Shown: positions 34,222 through 44,331, counted from the stretch's first letter. The stretch is DNA of 64,000 nucleotides from Candidatus Omnitrophota bacterium (GCA_022703055.1 JAKLEP010000001.1:410850-474849), one strand, 5' to 3'. Notes: generated from the letters alone by a model not told the origin. Numbers and translations are program-made.

Positions 34222-35289
34222 ATGTATGAGAATTTAAAAGAAATAGAAAACCGTCACGACGAGTTAGAAAAGCTGATTTCCGACCCGAAGGTTATTTCCG
34301 ACCGAAACCTTTATCAGAAATACGCCAAGGAATTGGCTCAAATTTCAGAGCTAGTTAAAAGCTTCAGGCAGCTTAATAAGATTTCTAGCGAAATTGAAGA
34401 CCTTGATAAGCTGCTTAATTCTAAAGGCCAGGATAAGGATTTCCTTGAATTGGCAAAGTCGGAGCTATCTTCTTTAGAGGAAAAGAAAAAGGCATTAGAG
34501 AATAAAATCGAAGAATTGCAACAAGAGGAAGATAAAGATGCTGGTCGTGACGTTATCGTAGAAATCAGGGCGGGCACTGGCGGTCAGGAGGCCAGTCTTT
34601 TTGCCGCTGATCTTTACAGGATGTATGCCAAATATGCTGCAAGGCATAATTTGGACGTAGAGGCTTTAAGTAGCCACTCATCCGAGGCCAAGGGCTTCAA
34701 AGAAATTATTTTTAGTGTAAGAGGTAATGAAGCCTATAAACGAATGAAGTTTGAAAGCGGAGTCCACCGCGTGCAGCGCGTACCGACAACCGAAGCCTCA
34801 GGCAGAATCCATACTTCGACAGCGACTGTTGCGGTATTGGTTGAACCGGAAGAAATCGAAATCAATATCGAGCCTAAAGATTTGCGTATTGATGTCTTCC
34901 GCGCAACCGGTCCCGGCGGACAAGGTGTCAATACCACCGATTCCGCGGTAAGGATTACCCATATCCCCACAGGGGTAGTAGTAAGTTGCCAAGATGAACG
35001 CTCTCAGCTAAAAAACAAAGCCAAGGCAATGAGAGTTTTAAGGGCAAGGCTCCTTGATAAGATGCGCCAGGACGAGATATCGAAAATATCCAACGAAAGA
35101 AAATCTCAGATAGGCTCAGGCGAGCGCTCCGAGAAAATAAGAACCTATAATTTTCCCGACAGGCGCGTAACTGACCATCGCATTGGCTTTACCATCCATC
35201 AATTGGAGAATTTCTTGGAAGGCGACCTTGATGAAATGAATGAGGCGCTGTTAAAGGCAGAAAGAGAAGAGAAAAAGAAGAATCGATGA
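34222..35289 (+). CDS. prfA: Peptide chain release factor 1
   Basis: GGQ motif (GPGGQGVNTTDSAVRITHIPTG) and a PxT-type region (RVPTTEASGRIHTS). Confidence 0.95.
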   Translation: MYENLKEIENRHDELEKLISDPKVISDRNLYQKYAKELAQISELVKSFRQLNKISSEIEDLDKLLNSKGQDKDFLELAKSELSSLEEKKKALENKIEELQQEEDKDAGRDVIVEIRAGTGGQEASLFAADLYRMYAKYAARHNLDVEALSSHSSEAKGFKEIIFSVRGNEAYKRMKFESGVHRVQRVPTTEASGRIHTSTATVAVLVEPEEIEINIEPKDLRIDVFRATGPGGQGVNTTDSAVRITHIPTGVVVSCQDERSQLKNKAKAMRVLRARLLDKMRQDEISKISNERKSQIGSGERSEKIRTYNFPDRRVTDHRIGFTIHQLENFLEGDLDEMNEALLKAEREEKKKNR

Positions 35290-36077
35290 CGGAAAAAGAA
35301 CTGTTGCTTACAGCCTTATTGAATTGTAAACGCTCAGATTTATATACCGGCGGTGTTTCTTTGGATGACAAAAAAGAAGAAATTTTGTCTTCAATGCTAA
35401 TACGCCGCAAGCAGGGAGAGCCAATTCAATACATTACCGGGTTTACAGAATTTATGGGGCTTCATTTTAAAGTTGATAATCGCGCCTTGATTCCCCGCCC
35501 GGAAACCGAAATATTGGTTGAGCAGACCGTTCAATTAATAGAAAATCATTTTTCAGGCAAGGATATTGGTATCTTGGATCTGTGCACTGGAAGCGGCAAT
35601 ATCGCCATAAGTTTAGCTAAATCTTTAGAAAACGTAAAGATTACCGCTTCTGATATATCAGACCGGGCGCTGGAGTTAGCTAAAGAGAACGCCGTTATTA
35701 ATAATGCGCAAGGCAAAATTGGATTCTTAGAGAGCAATCTGTTCGATAAACTATCTAGAGATCGCTTATTTGATATTATCGTTTGCAATCCGCCATATTT
35801 AAAATCAGATGAATTAGAACAATCTCCTATCGAACTTTCCTTTGAGCCGCGTATCGCTCTTTATGCCGGAAAAAAAGGGATCTTATTTTACTCTGAGATT
35901 ATAAAACAGGCGCCGAGATTTATAAAAAAAGACGGCTATCTTATTTTTGAAATCGGTTTTAACCAATTAAGACAAATCAAGAAAATATCAGATGCCTCCA
36001 AGAAATTTGTTCTCGAGAAGGTAATTAAGGATTACAATAATATCGACAGAGTGATATTCTTGCGAAAGGTAAATTAA
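35286..36077 (+). CDS. prmC: Release factor glutamine N5-methyltransferase
   Basis: NPPY motif (VCNPPYLKS), SAM motif LDLCTGSGNIA, prfA-prmC synteny. Confidence 0.9.
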   Translation: MTEKELLLTALLNCKRSDLYTGGVSLDDKKEEILSSMLIRRKQGEPIQYITGFTEFMGLHFKVDNRALIPRPETEILVEQTVQLIENHFSGKDIGILDLCTGSGNIAISLAKSLENVKITASDISDRALELAKENAVINNAQGKIGFLESNLFDKLSRDRLFDIIVCNPPYLKSDELEQSPIELSFEPRIALYAGKKGILFYSEIIKQAPRFIKKDGYLIFEIGFNQLRQIKKISDASKKFVLEKVIKDYNNIDRVIFLRKVN

Positions 36078-36079
36078 AT

Positions 36080-37342
36080 ATGGATAAGCTTGTAATTTTT
36101 GGCGGAAGGCCGTTAAATGGCGAAGTAAGGGTGAGCGGGGCAAAAAATTCGGTCCTGCCGATTCTTGCCGCGACACTTTTGACCGATGAGCCTTGTGTGA
36201 TTAAGAATGCTCCATATCTACGCGATACCAACACCATGTTAAGAATCTTGCGTTCTCTGGGGAAAAACGCGGAATTTAGCAATGACAAGATACATGTCAC
36301 GACCAGAGAAAGCGATAAATTCATCGCCGATTACAGATTGGTTTCCACCATGCGCGCCTCATTTTGCGTGTTGGGCCCGCTCTTGGGAAAATTAAAAAAG
36401 GCAAAGGTGTCTTACCCCGGAGGTTGTGTAATCGGAATAAGGCCCGTGGATTTGCATCTAAAAGGGATAGAAGCTTTGGGTGCAGAGGTCAAGATCGAGA
36501 GCGGTTATGTCAATACCCAAGCTAAGAATCTAAAGGGAAATCACATTTATTTGGGCGGAGAATTTGGTTCGTCGGTTTTGGCTACTGATAATGTAATGAT
36601 GGCAGCGACTTTAGCCAAAGGCAAAACCATTATTGAAGCCGCGGCCTGCGAGCCGGAAGTAACGGATTTGGCTAATTTCTTAGTAAAGATGGGTGCAAAA
36701 ATCAAAGGCCAGGGTTCACCGCGCATAGAAATCGAGGGAGTCAAGCAATTACACGGCGCAGAATATTCCATTATTCCCGATAGAATCGAAGCAGGGACTT
36801 TTATGCTCGCCGCTGCAATAACTAAGGGGCAAATCACCATTAAAGGCGTAATTTGGGAACATCTTTTAGCTTTAATCGATAAATTGGAACAGGCAGGTGT
36901 TAAAATTAAGAAAATCGACGGAAAATTAATTGTTAACGGCAAAAGAAGGCTTAAACCCGTCAACGCAACTACCTTGCCTTATCCGGGATTCCCGACGGAT
37001 TTACAGGCACAATTTATGACTTTAATGGCGGTTACGCCTGGGGCTAGCATCATCTCCGAGAAGATTTATCCTGATAGATTTATGCATATCGCCGAACTCA
37101 ATCGTATGGGAGCCAATATCAAAAGAGAAGGTCCGCACGCTATTGTCCAGGGAGTGAAATTATTATCAGGCGCACCTTTGATGGCATCGGATCTCAGGGC
37201 TTCAGCAGCTTTGGTTTTAGCGGGATTAGTGGCTCGTGGCAAGACTGAAATTTCAAGAATTTACCATCTTGATCGAGGGTATGAAAACTTAGAGGTAAAA
37301 CTTAATAAATTAGGCGCGAAGATTCATCGGGAAAAAGAATAA
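36080..37342 (+). CDS. murA: UDP-N-acetylglucosamine 1-carboxyvinyltransferase
   Basis: Full-length MurA similarity with the catalytic Cys loop [15 protein letters not shown]. Confidence 0.95.
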   Translation: MDKLVIFGGRPLNGEVRVSGAKNSVLPILAATLLTDEPCVIKNAPYLRDTNTMLRILRSLGKNAEFSNDKIHVTTRESDKFIADYRLVSTMRASFCVLGPLLGKLKKAKVSYPGGCVIGIRPVDLHLKGIEALGAEVKIESGYVNTQAKNLKGNHIYLGGEFGSSVLATDNVMMAATLAKGKTIIEAAACEPEVTDLANFLVKMGAKIKGQGSPRIEIEGVKQLHGAEYSIIPDRIEAGTFMLAAAITKGQITIKGVIWEHLLALIDKLEQAGVKIKKIDGKLIVNGKRRLKPVNATTLPYPGFPTDLQAQFMTLMAVTPGASIISEKIYPDRFMHIAELNRMGANIKREGPHAIVQGVKLLSGAPLMASDLRASAALVLAGLVARGKTEISRIYHLDRGYENLEVKLNKLGAKIHREKE

Positions 37343-37343
37343 G

Positions 37344-37922
37344 ATGATTTTAGTTATCGATAATTATGACTCATTTACTTACAATTTAGTGCAATACCTG
37401 GCTGAATTGGGACAGGACTTAGACGTCTTCCGCAATGATAAAATCAGTATCGATAAAATAAAAGCGCTAAGACCTAAATCAATCGTGATTTCTCCCGGTC
37501 CGGGCAGGCCAATAGATGCAGGCATATCAAATCGAGTAATTAAAGAATTTGCGGGGAAAATTCCTATTCTTGGCGTTTGCCTTGGTCATCAGTGCATCGC
37601 AGAGGTATTCGGAGGGAAAGTCGTTAGCGCTAAGAAACTGATGCACGGTAAAACTTCGATGATTTACCATAACAAAAAGACGATTTTTAAAGGGATAAAG
37701 AATCCTTTTGTAGCTACGCGCTATCATTCTTTGATTGTAGAAAGAAAGAGCATTCCTAAATGTCTTGAAATAATTGCGCAAACCAAAGATAAAGAGATAA
37801 TGGGTTTAAAACATAAAAACTTTCCGGTATGGGGAGTGCAGTTTCATCCGGAATCGATATTGACTCTGGAGGGGAAGAAAATACTCAAGAATTTTATCCG
37901 TCTACGCTCGCCTAAATCTTAG
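37344..37922 (+). CDS. trpG: Anthranilate/aminodeoxychorismate synthase glutamine amidotransferase component
   Basis: Class I GATase triad (GVCLGHQ, FHPES). Directly precedes trpD. No trpE is adjacent. Confidence 0.85.
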   Translation: MILVIDNYDSFTYNLVQYLAELGQDLDVFRNDKISIDKIKALRPKSIVISPGPGRPIDAGISNRVIKEFAGKIPILGVCLGHQCIAEVFGGKVVSAKKLMHGKTSMIYHNKKTIFKGIKNPFVATRYHSLIVERKSIPKCLEIIAQTKDKEIMGLKHKNFPVWGVQFHPESILTLEGKKILKNFIRLRSPKS

Positions 37923-37979
37923 CAAAGGCGAGCTTCGGTGGATTTCGCCAAAGAGGCCCATAGGAGGCTCAATAAAACA

Positions 37980-38996
37980 ATGATTGAAGAAGCGATTATA
38001 AAACTAAGCAAAAGAATAAATCTTACCGGCCAGGAGATGCAGCAGGTGATGCAGGAGATTATGACCGGAAAAGTTGCCGACGACAAGATAGCCACATTTC
38101 TTTCTGAACTAAGGCAAAAAGGCGAGACTCCGGAAGAAATAACAGCTGCAGCGACTATTATGAGAAAGTTTGCCATCAAAATAAAATCCAATGAGGAGAT
38201 TATTTTGGATACTTGCGGAACAGGTGGAGATAAATCCGGAACCTTTAATATATCTACGATAAGCGCCTTCGTTGTTGCGGCTTCAGGGATAGCTGTTGCT
38301 AAGCATGGCAATCGTTCAGTATCCAGTAAATGCGGCAGCGCCGATCTCCTGGAGGCTCTGGGAGTTAATATAAATATTCCTCCAGAAGCAGTTGAAGAAT
38401 GCTTGGCTAAAATTGGCATAGGTTTCTTGTTCGCGCCCAAGCTTCATCCGGCGATGAAATACGCCATGCCGGCAAGGCAACAACTTAAAAGCCGCACTAT
38501 CTTTAATATTTTAGGGCCATTGACCAATCCTGCCCAGGCAGCGCATCAGGTTTTAGGTGTGTTTGACAAGGACTTGGTTGAGCCCCTTGCCCAGGTCTTA
38601 AGGAATTTAGGAGTTAAACATGCGTTGGTGGTTCATGGATTAGACGGATTAGACGAAGTAACCACGACTGCTAATACTATGGTTTGCGAAGTAAAAGACA
38701 AAAAGATATTTTCATACGAAATCAATCCTTCTGATTTCGGGATTGAAAAGGCATCTAGCGAAGATTTAAAAGGCGCAGATATCCAGACCAATGTTGAGAT
38801 CGCAAAAGAGGTTTTGTCCGGAAAGAAAGGCCCGGAAAGAGATATAGTGCTGCTTAATTCGGCCTGCGCGATTTATGCGGCTGATAAGGCTGGCGATATC
38901 AAAATCGCGCTTAAGCTTGCGGAGAAAGCCATCGATAGCGGCAAGGCAAAAGAAAAATTAGCATTGCTAATAGAATGTACGAGAAAAATTGGCTGA
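37980..38996 (+). CDS. trpD: Anthranilate phosphoribosyltransferase
   Basis: CGTGGDKSGTFNIST motif. Start placed at ATG 37980 (MIEEAIIKL, typical TrpD N-terminus). The track's GTG start at 37938 is an alternative. Confidence 0.9.
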   Translation: MIEEAIIKLSKRINLTGQEMQQVMQEIMTGKVADDKIATFLSELRQKGETPEEITAAATIMRKFAIKIKSNEEIILDTCGTGGDKSGTFNISTISAFVVAASGIAVAKHGNRSVSSKCGSADLLEALGVNINIPPEAVEECLAKIGIGFLFAPKLHPAMKYAMPARQQLKSRTIFNILGPLTNPAQAAHQVLGVFDKDLVEPLAQVLRNLGVKHALVVHGLDGLDEVTTTANTMVCEVKDKKIFSYEINPSDFGIEKASSEDLKGADIQTNVEIAKEVLSGKKGPERDIVLLNSACAIYAADKAGDIKIALKLAEKAIDSGKAKEKLALLIECTRKIG

Positions 38997-39774
38997 AGAT
39001 TTCTTAACTAAGATAATTAAAGAGAAGCAAGAGTTTGTTAAAAAACAGAAAAGCAAACTATCCGAAAAAGAACTGCAGAGAAAATCCCAATCAATATTCC
39101 CTAGAAGTTCTTTTGCAAATTCCTTAAAACAATCAGGCAAAATTTCGCTTATCGCCGAGATAAAACAGGCTTCCCCGTCGAAAGGAATAATAAGGGAAGA
39201 ATTTAATCCTGTAGATATAGCGTTAATTTATCAAGATTCGGGAGTAGATGCTCTTTCGGTATTGACAGAAGAGAAGTATTTTAGGGGCAGCGCAGATATT
39301 TTAAGCCAGATCAAGGAAAAAACAAAGCTGCCTGTCTTGAGAAAAGACTTCATCGTTGATACTTATCAGATATATGAGTCAAATCTTATCGGAGCGGATG
39401 CGATTCTACTGATCGCCGAGATTCTATCCGATAAACAATTAAATGAGTTCTTAAGCCTGGCGGGCAGCCTTAAGCTTGATTGCCTGGTAGAGGTAAGTAA
39501 TAAAAGCGATTTGGGAAAAGTCCTCAAGACCGATGCCGGGATTATAGGAATAAATAATCGCAATCTGCATACATTCGATGTTGATTTACAAACTGTTGAT
39601 AAATTAGTTCCTTTAATACCTAAAGATAAGATTATCGTGGCAGAGAGCGGATTAAGCGATACCAGACAGATAGGCGCTTTAAAAAATCTGGGAGTTAATG
39701 CGGTGCTTATCGGTGAGGCATTTTTAAGAGCCAAAGATATAAGCGCAAAAATCAAAGAATTGATGGGGTATTAA
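38989..39774 (+). CDS. trpC: Indole-3-glycerol phosphate synthase
   Basis: IAEIKQASPSKG motif. TTG start overlapping the trpD stop. Confidence 0.9.
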   Translation: MAEDFLTKIIKEKQEFVKKQKSKLSEKELQRKSQSIFPRSSFANSLKQSGKISLIAEIKQASPSKGIIREEFNPVDIALIYQDSGVDALSVLTEEKYFRGSADILSQIKEKTKLPVLRKDFIVDTYQIYESNLIGADAILLIAEILSDKQLNEFLSLAGSLKLDCLVEVSNKSDLGKVLKTDAGIIGINNRNLHTFDVDLQTVDKLVPLIPKDKIIVAESGLSDTRQIGALKNLGVNAVLIGEAFLRAKDISAKIKELMGY

Positions 39775-39779
39775 TCGCC

Positions 39780-40409
39780 ATGCAAGTAAAGATCTGCGGA
39801 ATTACCAATTTGGAAGACGCTCTAAACGCGATAAATCTCGGCGCTGATTTCTTGGGTTTTGTTTTTTACAAGAAAAGCCCAAGATCCATTTCGGTTTCGG
39901 ATGCTAAAAAAATAATTGAGTTGCTTCCGAAGTCGGTGGGAAAAGTCGGGGTATTCGTCGATGCTTCGGAGCTAACCATAAAAAGCGCGGTCAAAAAATG
40001 CAATCTTGACTATATCCAGCTTCACGGCGATGAAGACGCTGCTTTTTGCAAGAAATTATCGAATAAAGGCAAAATTAAAATCATAAAGGCATTCAGAATC
40101 AAAGATGCCGGTAGCTTAAAGCAATTGGCGGATTATGAGGTAGACGCCTATCTTTTGGATGCATTCGATGAAAAGGTACGCGGCGGAAGCGGGAAGAATT
40201 TTAATTGGGGCCTGCTTTCTAAAATCAAAAATCTTGAATTTAATATAATCCTTTCCGGCGGATTAAACTCTAAGAATGTTAAGAAGCTTATAAAAAGATT
40301 TAAGCCCTACGCTGTAGATGTCTCAAGCGGCGTCGAGAGAACAGCCGGAAAAAAGGATTATAGGTTAATGAGAGATTTTATTCTGTCCGCAAAAGAGGCA
40401 TATCTTTAA
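39780..40409 (+). CDS. trpF: Phosphoribosylanthranilate isomerase
   Basis: VKICGIT N-terminus, YIQLHGDE, typical length. Confidence 0.9.
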   Translation: MQVKICGITNLEDALNAINLGADFLGFVFYKKSPRSISVSDAKKIIELLPKSVGKVGVFVDASELTIKSAVKKCNLDYIQLHGDEDAAFCKKLSNKGKIKIIKAFRIKDAGSLKQLADYEVDAYLLDAFDEKVRGGSGKNFNWGLLSKIKNLEFNIILSGGLNSKNVKKLIKRFKPYAVDVSSGVERTAGKKDYRLMRDFILSAKEAYL

Positions 40410-40427
40410 CCCCGCCAAATAACTATC

Positions 40428-41444
40428 ATGAGCAGCCCATTTTATTTCCAGTGGCATATAACCGACGCCTGCAACCTACGTTGCCGGCATTGCTATCAGG
40501 ATAATTTTACCTCCAAATCCGACCTAGACTGGCCGAGGCTTAAAATTGTCTGCGATAATATATTTGATGCATTAAATACCTGGGGCAATAAAGGCCTGAT
40601 TACTCTTACCGGAGGAGAACCTTTGTTAAAGAAGGAATTCATTCCGCTGCTTGATTATCTAAATAATGCCAATGAGATTAAGGAGCTTAATATTATTTCC
40701 AATATTACTTTGTTAGATGATAAAAAGATAGAAGAGCTGAAAGAATTCAAGAAATTAAAGAAGATTAAATTCTCGCTTGAAGGCATAACCCCTGAGACCA
40801 ATGATAGCATAAGGGGCAAAGGTTCTTTTGATAAGATAATAAAAAGTTTCCTTTTGTTAAAAGCCGACGGTTTTTTCGAAGTGGATTTAATGTTCACGCT
40901 GCTTAGAAGCAATCTAAAAGAGGTGCCCAAGATATTTTCATTCGCCAAGAAGATGGGGCTTGACGGTTTTATATTGGAAAGATTTATTCCGCTTGGCCAG
41001 TCAAAAGCCATAAGAAAAGAAATACTCTCAAAAGACGAATGGAAGAATCTGGTTGGGCTTTTGGCTGATCTCTGCCAGATTGATTGCAATCTAAATGATA
41101 TCATCCATCTTAAGGCATTCTGGGTGAAATTTCACCCTAAAACCAGGACACCGGCTCTTTTGGGCGCGCCTTGCACGGTTGGAATAGACGGTCTTTGCAT
41201 CATGCCAAGCGCTGATGTTTATCCCTGTCGCAGATTAAATATCCCGATAGGGAATCTTTTGAAAAATGATTTAACCGATATTTGGGAGAATTCCGATGTT
41301 TTGTTTGCTTTGAGAAAGAAATATAACCTTAAAGGGAAATGCGCGTCTTGCAGTATCCAATACTGTCGAGGATGCCGCGCTTTGGCCTACTCAGTCAAAG
41401 ACGACTACTTAAAAGAAGATACCCAATGCTGGTATGAAGAATAA
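40428..41444 (+). CDS. Radical SAM enzyme with C-terminal SPASM/twitch-type cysteine cluster
   Basis: CNLRCRHCY (CxxxCxxC) near the N-terminus. C-terminal pattern CTVGIDGLCIMPSADVYPC ... GN ... CASCSIQYCRGCRALAY. Confidence 0.8.
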   Translation: MSSPFYFQWHITDACNLRCRHCYQDNFTSKSDLDWPRLKIVCDNIFDALNTWGNKGLITLTGGEPLLKKEFIPLLDYLNNANEIKELNIISNITLLDDKKIEELKEFKKLKKIKFSLEGITPETNDSIRGKGSFDKIIKSFLLLKADGFFEVDLMFTLLRSNLKEVPKIFSFAKKMGLDGFILERFIPLGQSKAIRKEILSKDEWKNLVGLLADLCQIDCNLNDIIHLKAFWVKFHPKTRTPALLGAPCTVGIDGLCIMPSADVYPCRRLNIPIGNLLKNDLTDIWENSDVLFALRKKYNLKGKCASCSIQYCRGCRALAYSVKDDYLKEDTQCWYEE

Positions 41445-42336
41445 GCCTGCCTATATTAATCTTTACAAAAAGGGTAAATTAGACAAGATAATCGAAAAGC
41501 TTAATAAAGTTTTAGAATCTTGCGAGCTTTGTCCCAGAAAATGTAAAGTCAACCGAAAAAAAGGAGAACAGGGGTTTTGCCGTTCGGGAAAAGATTTGAT
41601 GATTTCCAGCTTCGGACCTCATTTTGGAGAAGAGCCTGAGCTCGTCGGTAAATTAGGCTCCGGGACAATATTTCTTGCAAACTGCAACCTCGGATGCATA
41701 TATTGCCAGAATTATGATATTAGCCATTTGGGGGAAGGGACAGAATTTACTGTTGAGCAACTTGCCAGGCAGATGATTCATCTGAAAAATATCGGATGCC
41801 ACAATATAAATTTTGTTACGCCCACGCATTTTTTGCCGCAGATTGTAGAAGCAGTAAAATCAGCCGTTGCTTTAGGTTTAGATTTACCCTTGGTATATAA
41901 TTCCAGCGGCTACGATAATGTCGTGATGATAAAGATAGCGGAAGGCGTATTCGATATTTATATGCCGGACATAAAATATTCCGATTCTAAGTATGCAGAG
42001 AAGTATTCTCAGGCACCGGATTATTTTGAGCGCGCAAAAGAAGCGGTAAAAGAAATGCACAGGCAGGTCGGAGATTTGGAGACAGAGGAAGGTATCGCCG
42101 CAAGGGGCCTGCTTATCCGCCACTTGGTCCTGCCCAATAACGCCGCAGGCTCAGAAAAAGTTCTGGAGTTTATCGCCAAAGACATATCTCGCGATTCTTA
42201 CGTAAATATAATGGATCAATACCGTCCTTGTTATAAAGCAGGAAATTTCGAAGAAATAAGTCGCTTCCCGAAAAAAGAGGAATTGGATAAGGCGATTGCA
42301 ATTGCCAGGAGCTTAGGCTTGCATCGCGGATTTTAA
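41434..42336 (+). CDS. Radical SAM enzyme, PflX/COG1313-like (activase-like)
   Basis: N-terminal CELCPRKCKVNRKKGEQGFCRSG followed by the radical SAM triad CNLGCIYCQN. 11-nt overlap with the upstream radical SAM gene. Confidence 0.8.
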   Translation: MKNKPAYINLYKKGKLDKIIEKLNKVLESCELCPRKCKVNRKKGEQGFCRSGKDLMISSFGPHFGEEPELVGKLGSGTIFLANCNLGCIYCQNYDISHLGEGTEFTVEQLARQMIHLKNIGCHNINFVTPTHFLPQIVEAVKSAVALGLDLPLVYNSSGYDNVVMIKIAEGVFDIYMPDIKYSDSKYAEKYSQAPDYFERAKEAVKEMHRQVGDLETEEGIAARGLLIRHLVLPNNAAGSEKVLEFIAKDISRDSYVNIMDQYRPCYKAGNFEEISRFPKKEELDKAIAIARSLGLHRGF

Positions 42337-42372
42337 CTTGTAAAATTCATCAATAAGAGTTAAAATAACTCC

Positions 42373-42636
42373 ATGGTTAAAATTAAAAACAGAAGAGGGT
42401 TCTTTACGCTGCTTGGGCTTATCCTGGCAATCGCAATAATCATAATCCTGATGCAGACTGTCCTTAAGAACTATTACGGGAGGCCGCTATTAGATAAAAC
42501 GACTGGCCAGTCCATCTCCGGCAATGGCGTAAATGTTACGACATATCATGATGTTGTCGGAAGCACCAGGCAACAGGTGCAACAGATTAATAAGCAGATG
42601 CAGGATTATGGCAGGCAGATTGAAGAAATCAAGTAA
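42373..42636 (+). CDS. Small protein with prepilin-like N-terminal anchor
   Basis: RRGFFTLLGLILAIAIIIIL resembles a type IV pilin/pseudopilin leader plus hydrophobic helix, but lacks the conserved Glu5. Q-rich C-terminus. Confidence 0.45.
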   Translation: MVKIKNRRGFFTLLGLILAIAIIIILMQTVLKNYYGRPLLDKTTGQSISGNGVNVTTYHDVVGSTRQQVQQINKQMQDYGRQIEEIK

Positions 42637-42679
42637 CTTGGTGTTATCTTAACTTTCTGTATACCAATAAGTTAATTCC

Positions 42680-43360
42680 ATGGCAAAATTTAATTTCTCA
42701 CCTACAGGTTTAGCGTTGTTGTCTGATTGCCCGAGGTGTTTCTGGCTGCAGGTAAACAAAGGTATAAAAAGGCCGAGGGGAATTTTTCCGTCTTTGCCCA
42801 CGGGCATGGATTCGGTGATAAAAAAGTATTTTGATAAATACCGCGTAAAAGGAAAACTGCCGCCAGAGTTAGATGGCAAAATAACAGGGAAATTATTTGA
42901 CGATTTGGGAAAGTTGGAGCGCTGGCGGAGTTGGCGCACGACCGATTTGCGTTACGAAGATAAAGCTCAAGATGTGATCTTAAGCGGCGCGCTTGATGAT
43001 TGCCTGGTCGATGGCCAATTTTTTATTCCCTTGGATTATAAGACCAAAGGTTCACAAGTAAAAGAGGATCCGGCTAAATATTATCAGAATCAGCTTGATA
43101 GTTATTGCCTGATGCTTGAGGCCTTGGGTTATAAGACCAAAAACGAGGCAGTGCTGGTTTATTATTCGCCGAAGGAAGTATCGGAAAACGGCACGGTGAA
43201 ATTTAATGTTGCGCCTTTTAAGATAGATACCAATCCTGAATCGGCTAAGGCAGTGATAAAGAGGGCTATTGAAGTTTTGTTGGGTCCACTACCAAAAAGA
43301 ACTTCGGAATGCGAATTCTGCACACTGATAAATGAAGCCCAGACTTACGGAACAAAGTGA
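42680..43360 (+). CDS. PD-(D/E)XK nuclease, Cas4/RecB-like, with four cysteines
   Basis: Core GALDD ... PLDYKTK ... QLDSY. N-terminal CPRC and C-terminal CEFC pairs resemble Cas4-type metal/Fe-S ligands. Confidence 0.7.
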   Translation: MAKFNFSPTGLALLSDCPRCFWLQVNKGIKRPRGIFPSLPTGMDSVIKKYFDKYRVKGKLPPELDGKITGKLFDDLGKLERWRSWRTTDLRYEDKAQDVILSGALDDCLVDGQFFIPLDYKTKGSQVKEDPAKYYQNQLDSYCLMLEALGYKTKNEAVLVYYSPKEVSENGTVKFNVAPFKIDTNPESAKAVIKRAIEVLLGPLPKRTSECEFCTLINEAQTYGTK

Positions 43361-43621
43361 ACGTAAGTCTGTTGGCTGAATTTACCCCGCCCTTTTGGCG
43401 GGTTATAACATATTAAATGTCCCCACCCAAAAGGGCGGGGTTGAATTCGCGCAAATAATTTACGTCACACTTCGTGTCCCGTAAATTGTGCGCTCATTCA
43501 AAATGAGAAGTTTAAATAACAGGCAGAATAAAGTATTTCAGTTAAAAACGGCCGGCTTTATTAATAAAAGTATTCAATTTAAAAAGGCAAAAAGAGTTAA
43601 TAAATTAGACAGGCGGATAAA

Positions 43622-44287
43622 ATGAAAAGATTGATTTTGGATATTGAAACTGTAGGCGTTGATTTTGATTCGCTCGACGCTGTTTCTAAGGAATATATGC
43701 TAAAATACGCCGAGGACGATAAGGAAGAAGAAGCGATTAAAGAAAGTACCAGTTTCTATCCTCTGACTGCCCAGGTTATTGTCATCGGCCTGCTTAATTC
43801 TGAAACCGACAAAGCCATAGTCTATTATCAGAATCCCAAAAAAGAAAACAAAAAAGTCGAAAACGGCGAGTTTATTTGCGGCGACGAAAAAGAAATTCTG
43901 GAGTTATTCTGGAAACAGATGTCTGATTGTGACCAGTTCGTCACTTTTAACGGCAGGATGTTTGATGCTCCGTTTTTATTGGTGCGCTCTGCCATCTTAA
44001 AGGTAAAGCCAACCAGGAATCTTATGCCCAATCGCTACGATTCTAAATTCCATGCCGATTTATTAGACCTTTTGACTTTTTACGGAGCGATGCGCAGGCG
44101 TTTTAACCTTCATATGTGGTGTAAAGCCTTTGGCATAGCCAGCTCCAAGGAGTCAGGCATCACCGGGCACGACGTAAAGAATCTTTTTAAAGATGGTAGG
44201 CATTTCGATATCGCGAAATATTGCCTTGAGGATTTGAGGGCAACCAAGGAACTTTATAAGTATTGGGAAAAATACCTGAAATTTTAG
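43622..44287 (+). CDS. RNase H-fold 3'-5' exonuclease (PolB-exonuclease-like, DEDD)
   Basis: Exo I LILDIETVG, Exo II FNGRMFDAPFL, Exo III YCLEDL. Confidence 0.75.
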   Translation: MKRLILDIETVGVDFDSLDAVSKEYMLKYAEDDKEEEAIKESTSFYPLTAQVIVIGLLNSETDKAIVYYQNPKKENKKVENGEFICGDEKEILELFWKQMSDCDQFVTFNGRMFDAPFLLVRSAILKVKPTRNLMPNRYDSKFHADLLDLLTFYGAMRRRFNLHMWCKAFGIASSKESGITGHDVKNLFKDGRHFDIAKYCLEDLRATKELYKYWEKYLKF

Positions 44288-44296
44288 CCCGAAATC

Positions 44297-44324
44297 TTGA
44301 AAATTTGGAATTTTGTGGTATACT
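44297..44324 (+). promoter_or_regulatory. Sigma-70-type promoter for the structured RNA
   Basis: TTGAAA (44297-44302), 16-nt spacer, extended -10 TGgTATACT (44316-44324). The predicted TSS lies just before the closing helix at 44332. Confidence 0.6.
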
Positions 44325-44331
44325 TTATTAT

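Noticed and set aside
43418-43459. 13-codon ORF (MSPPKRAGLNSRK) within the hairpin array
   Set aside because: It has no RBS and lies entirely within stem-forming sequence. A structural or regulatory RNA or DNA role is more plausible.
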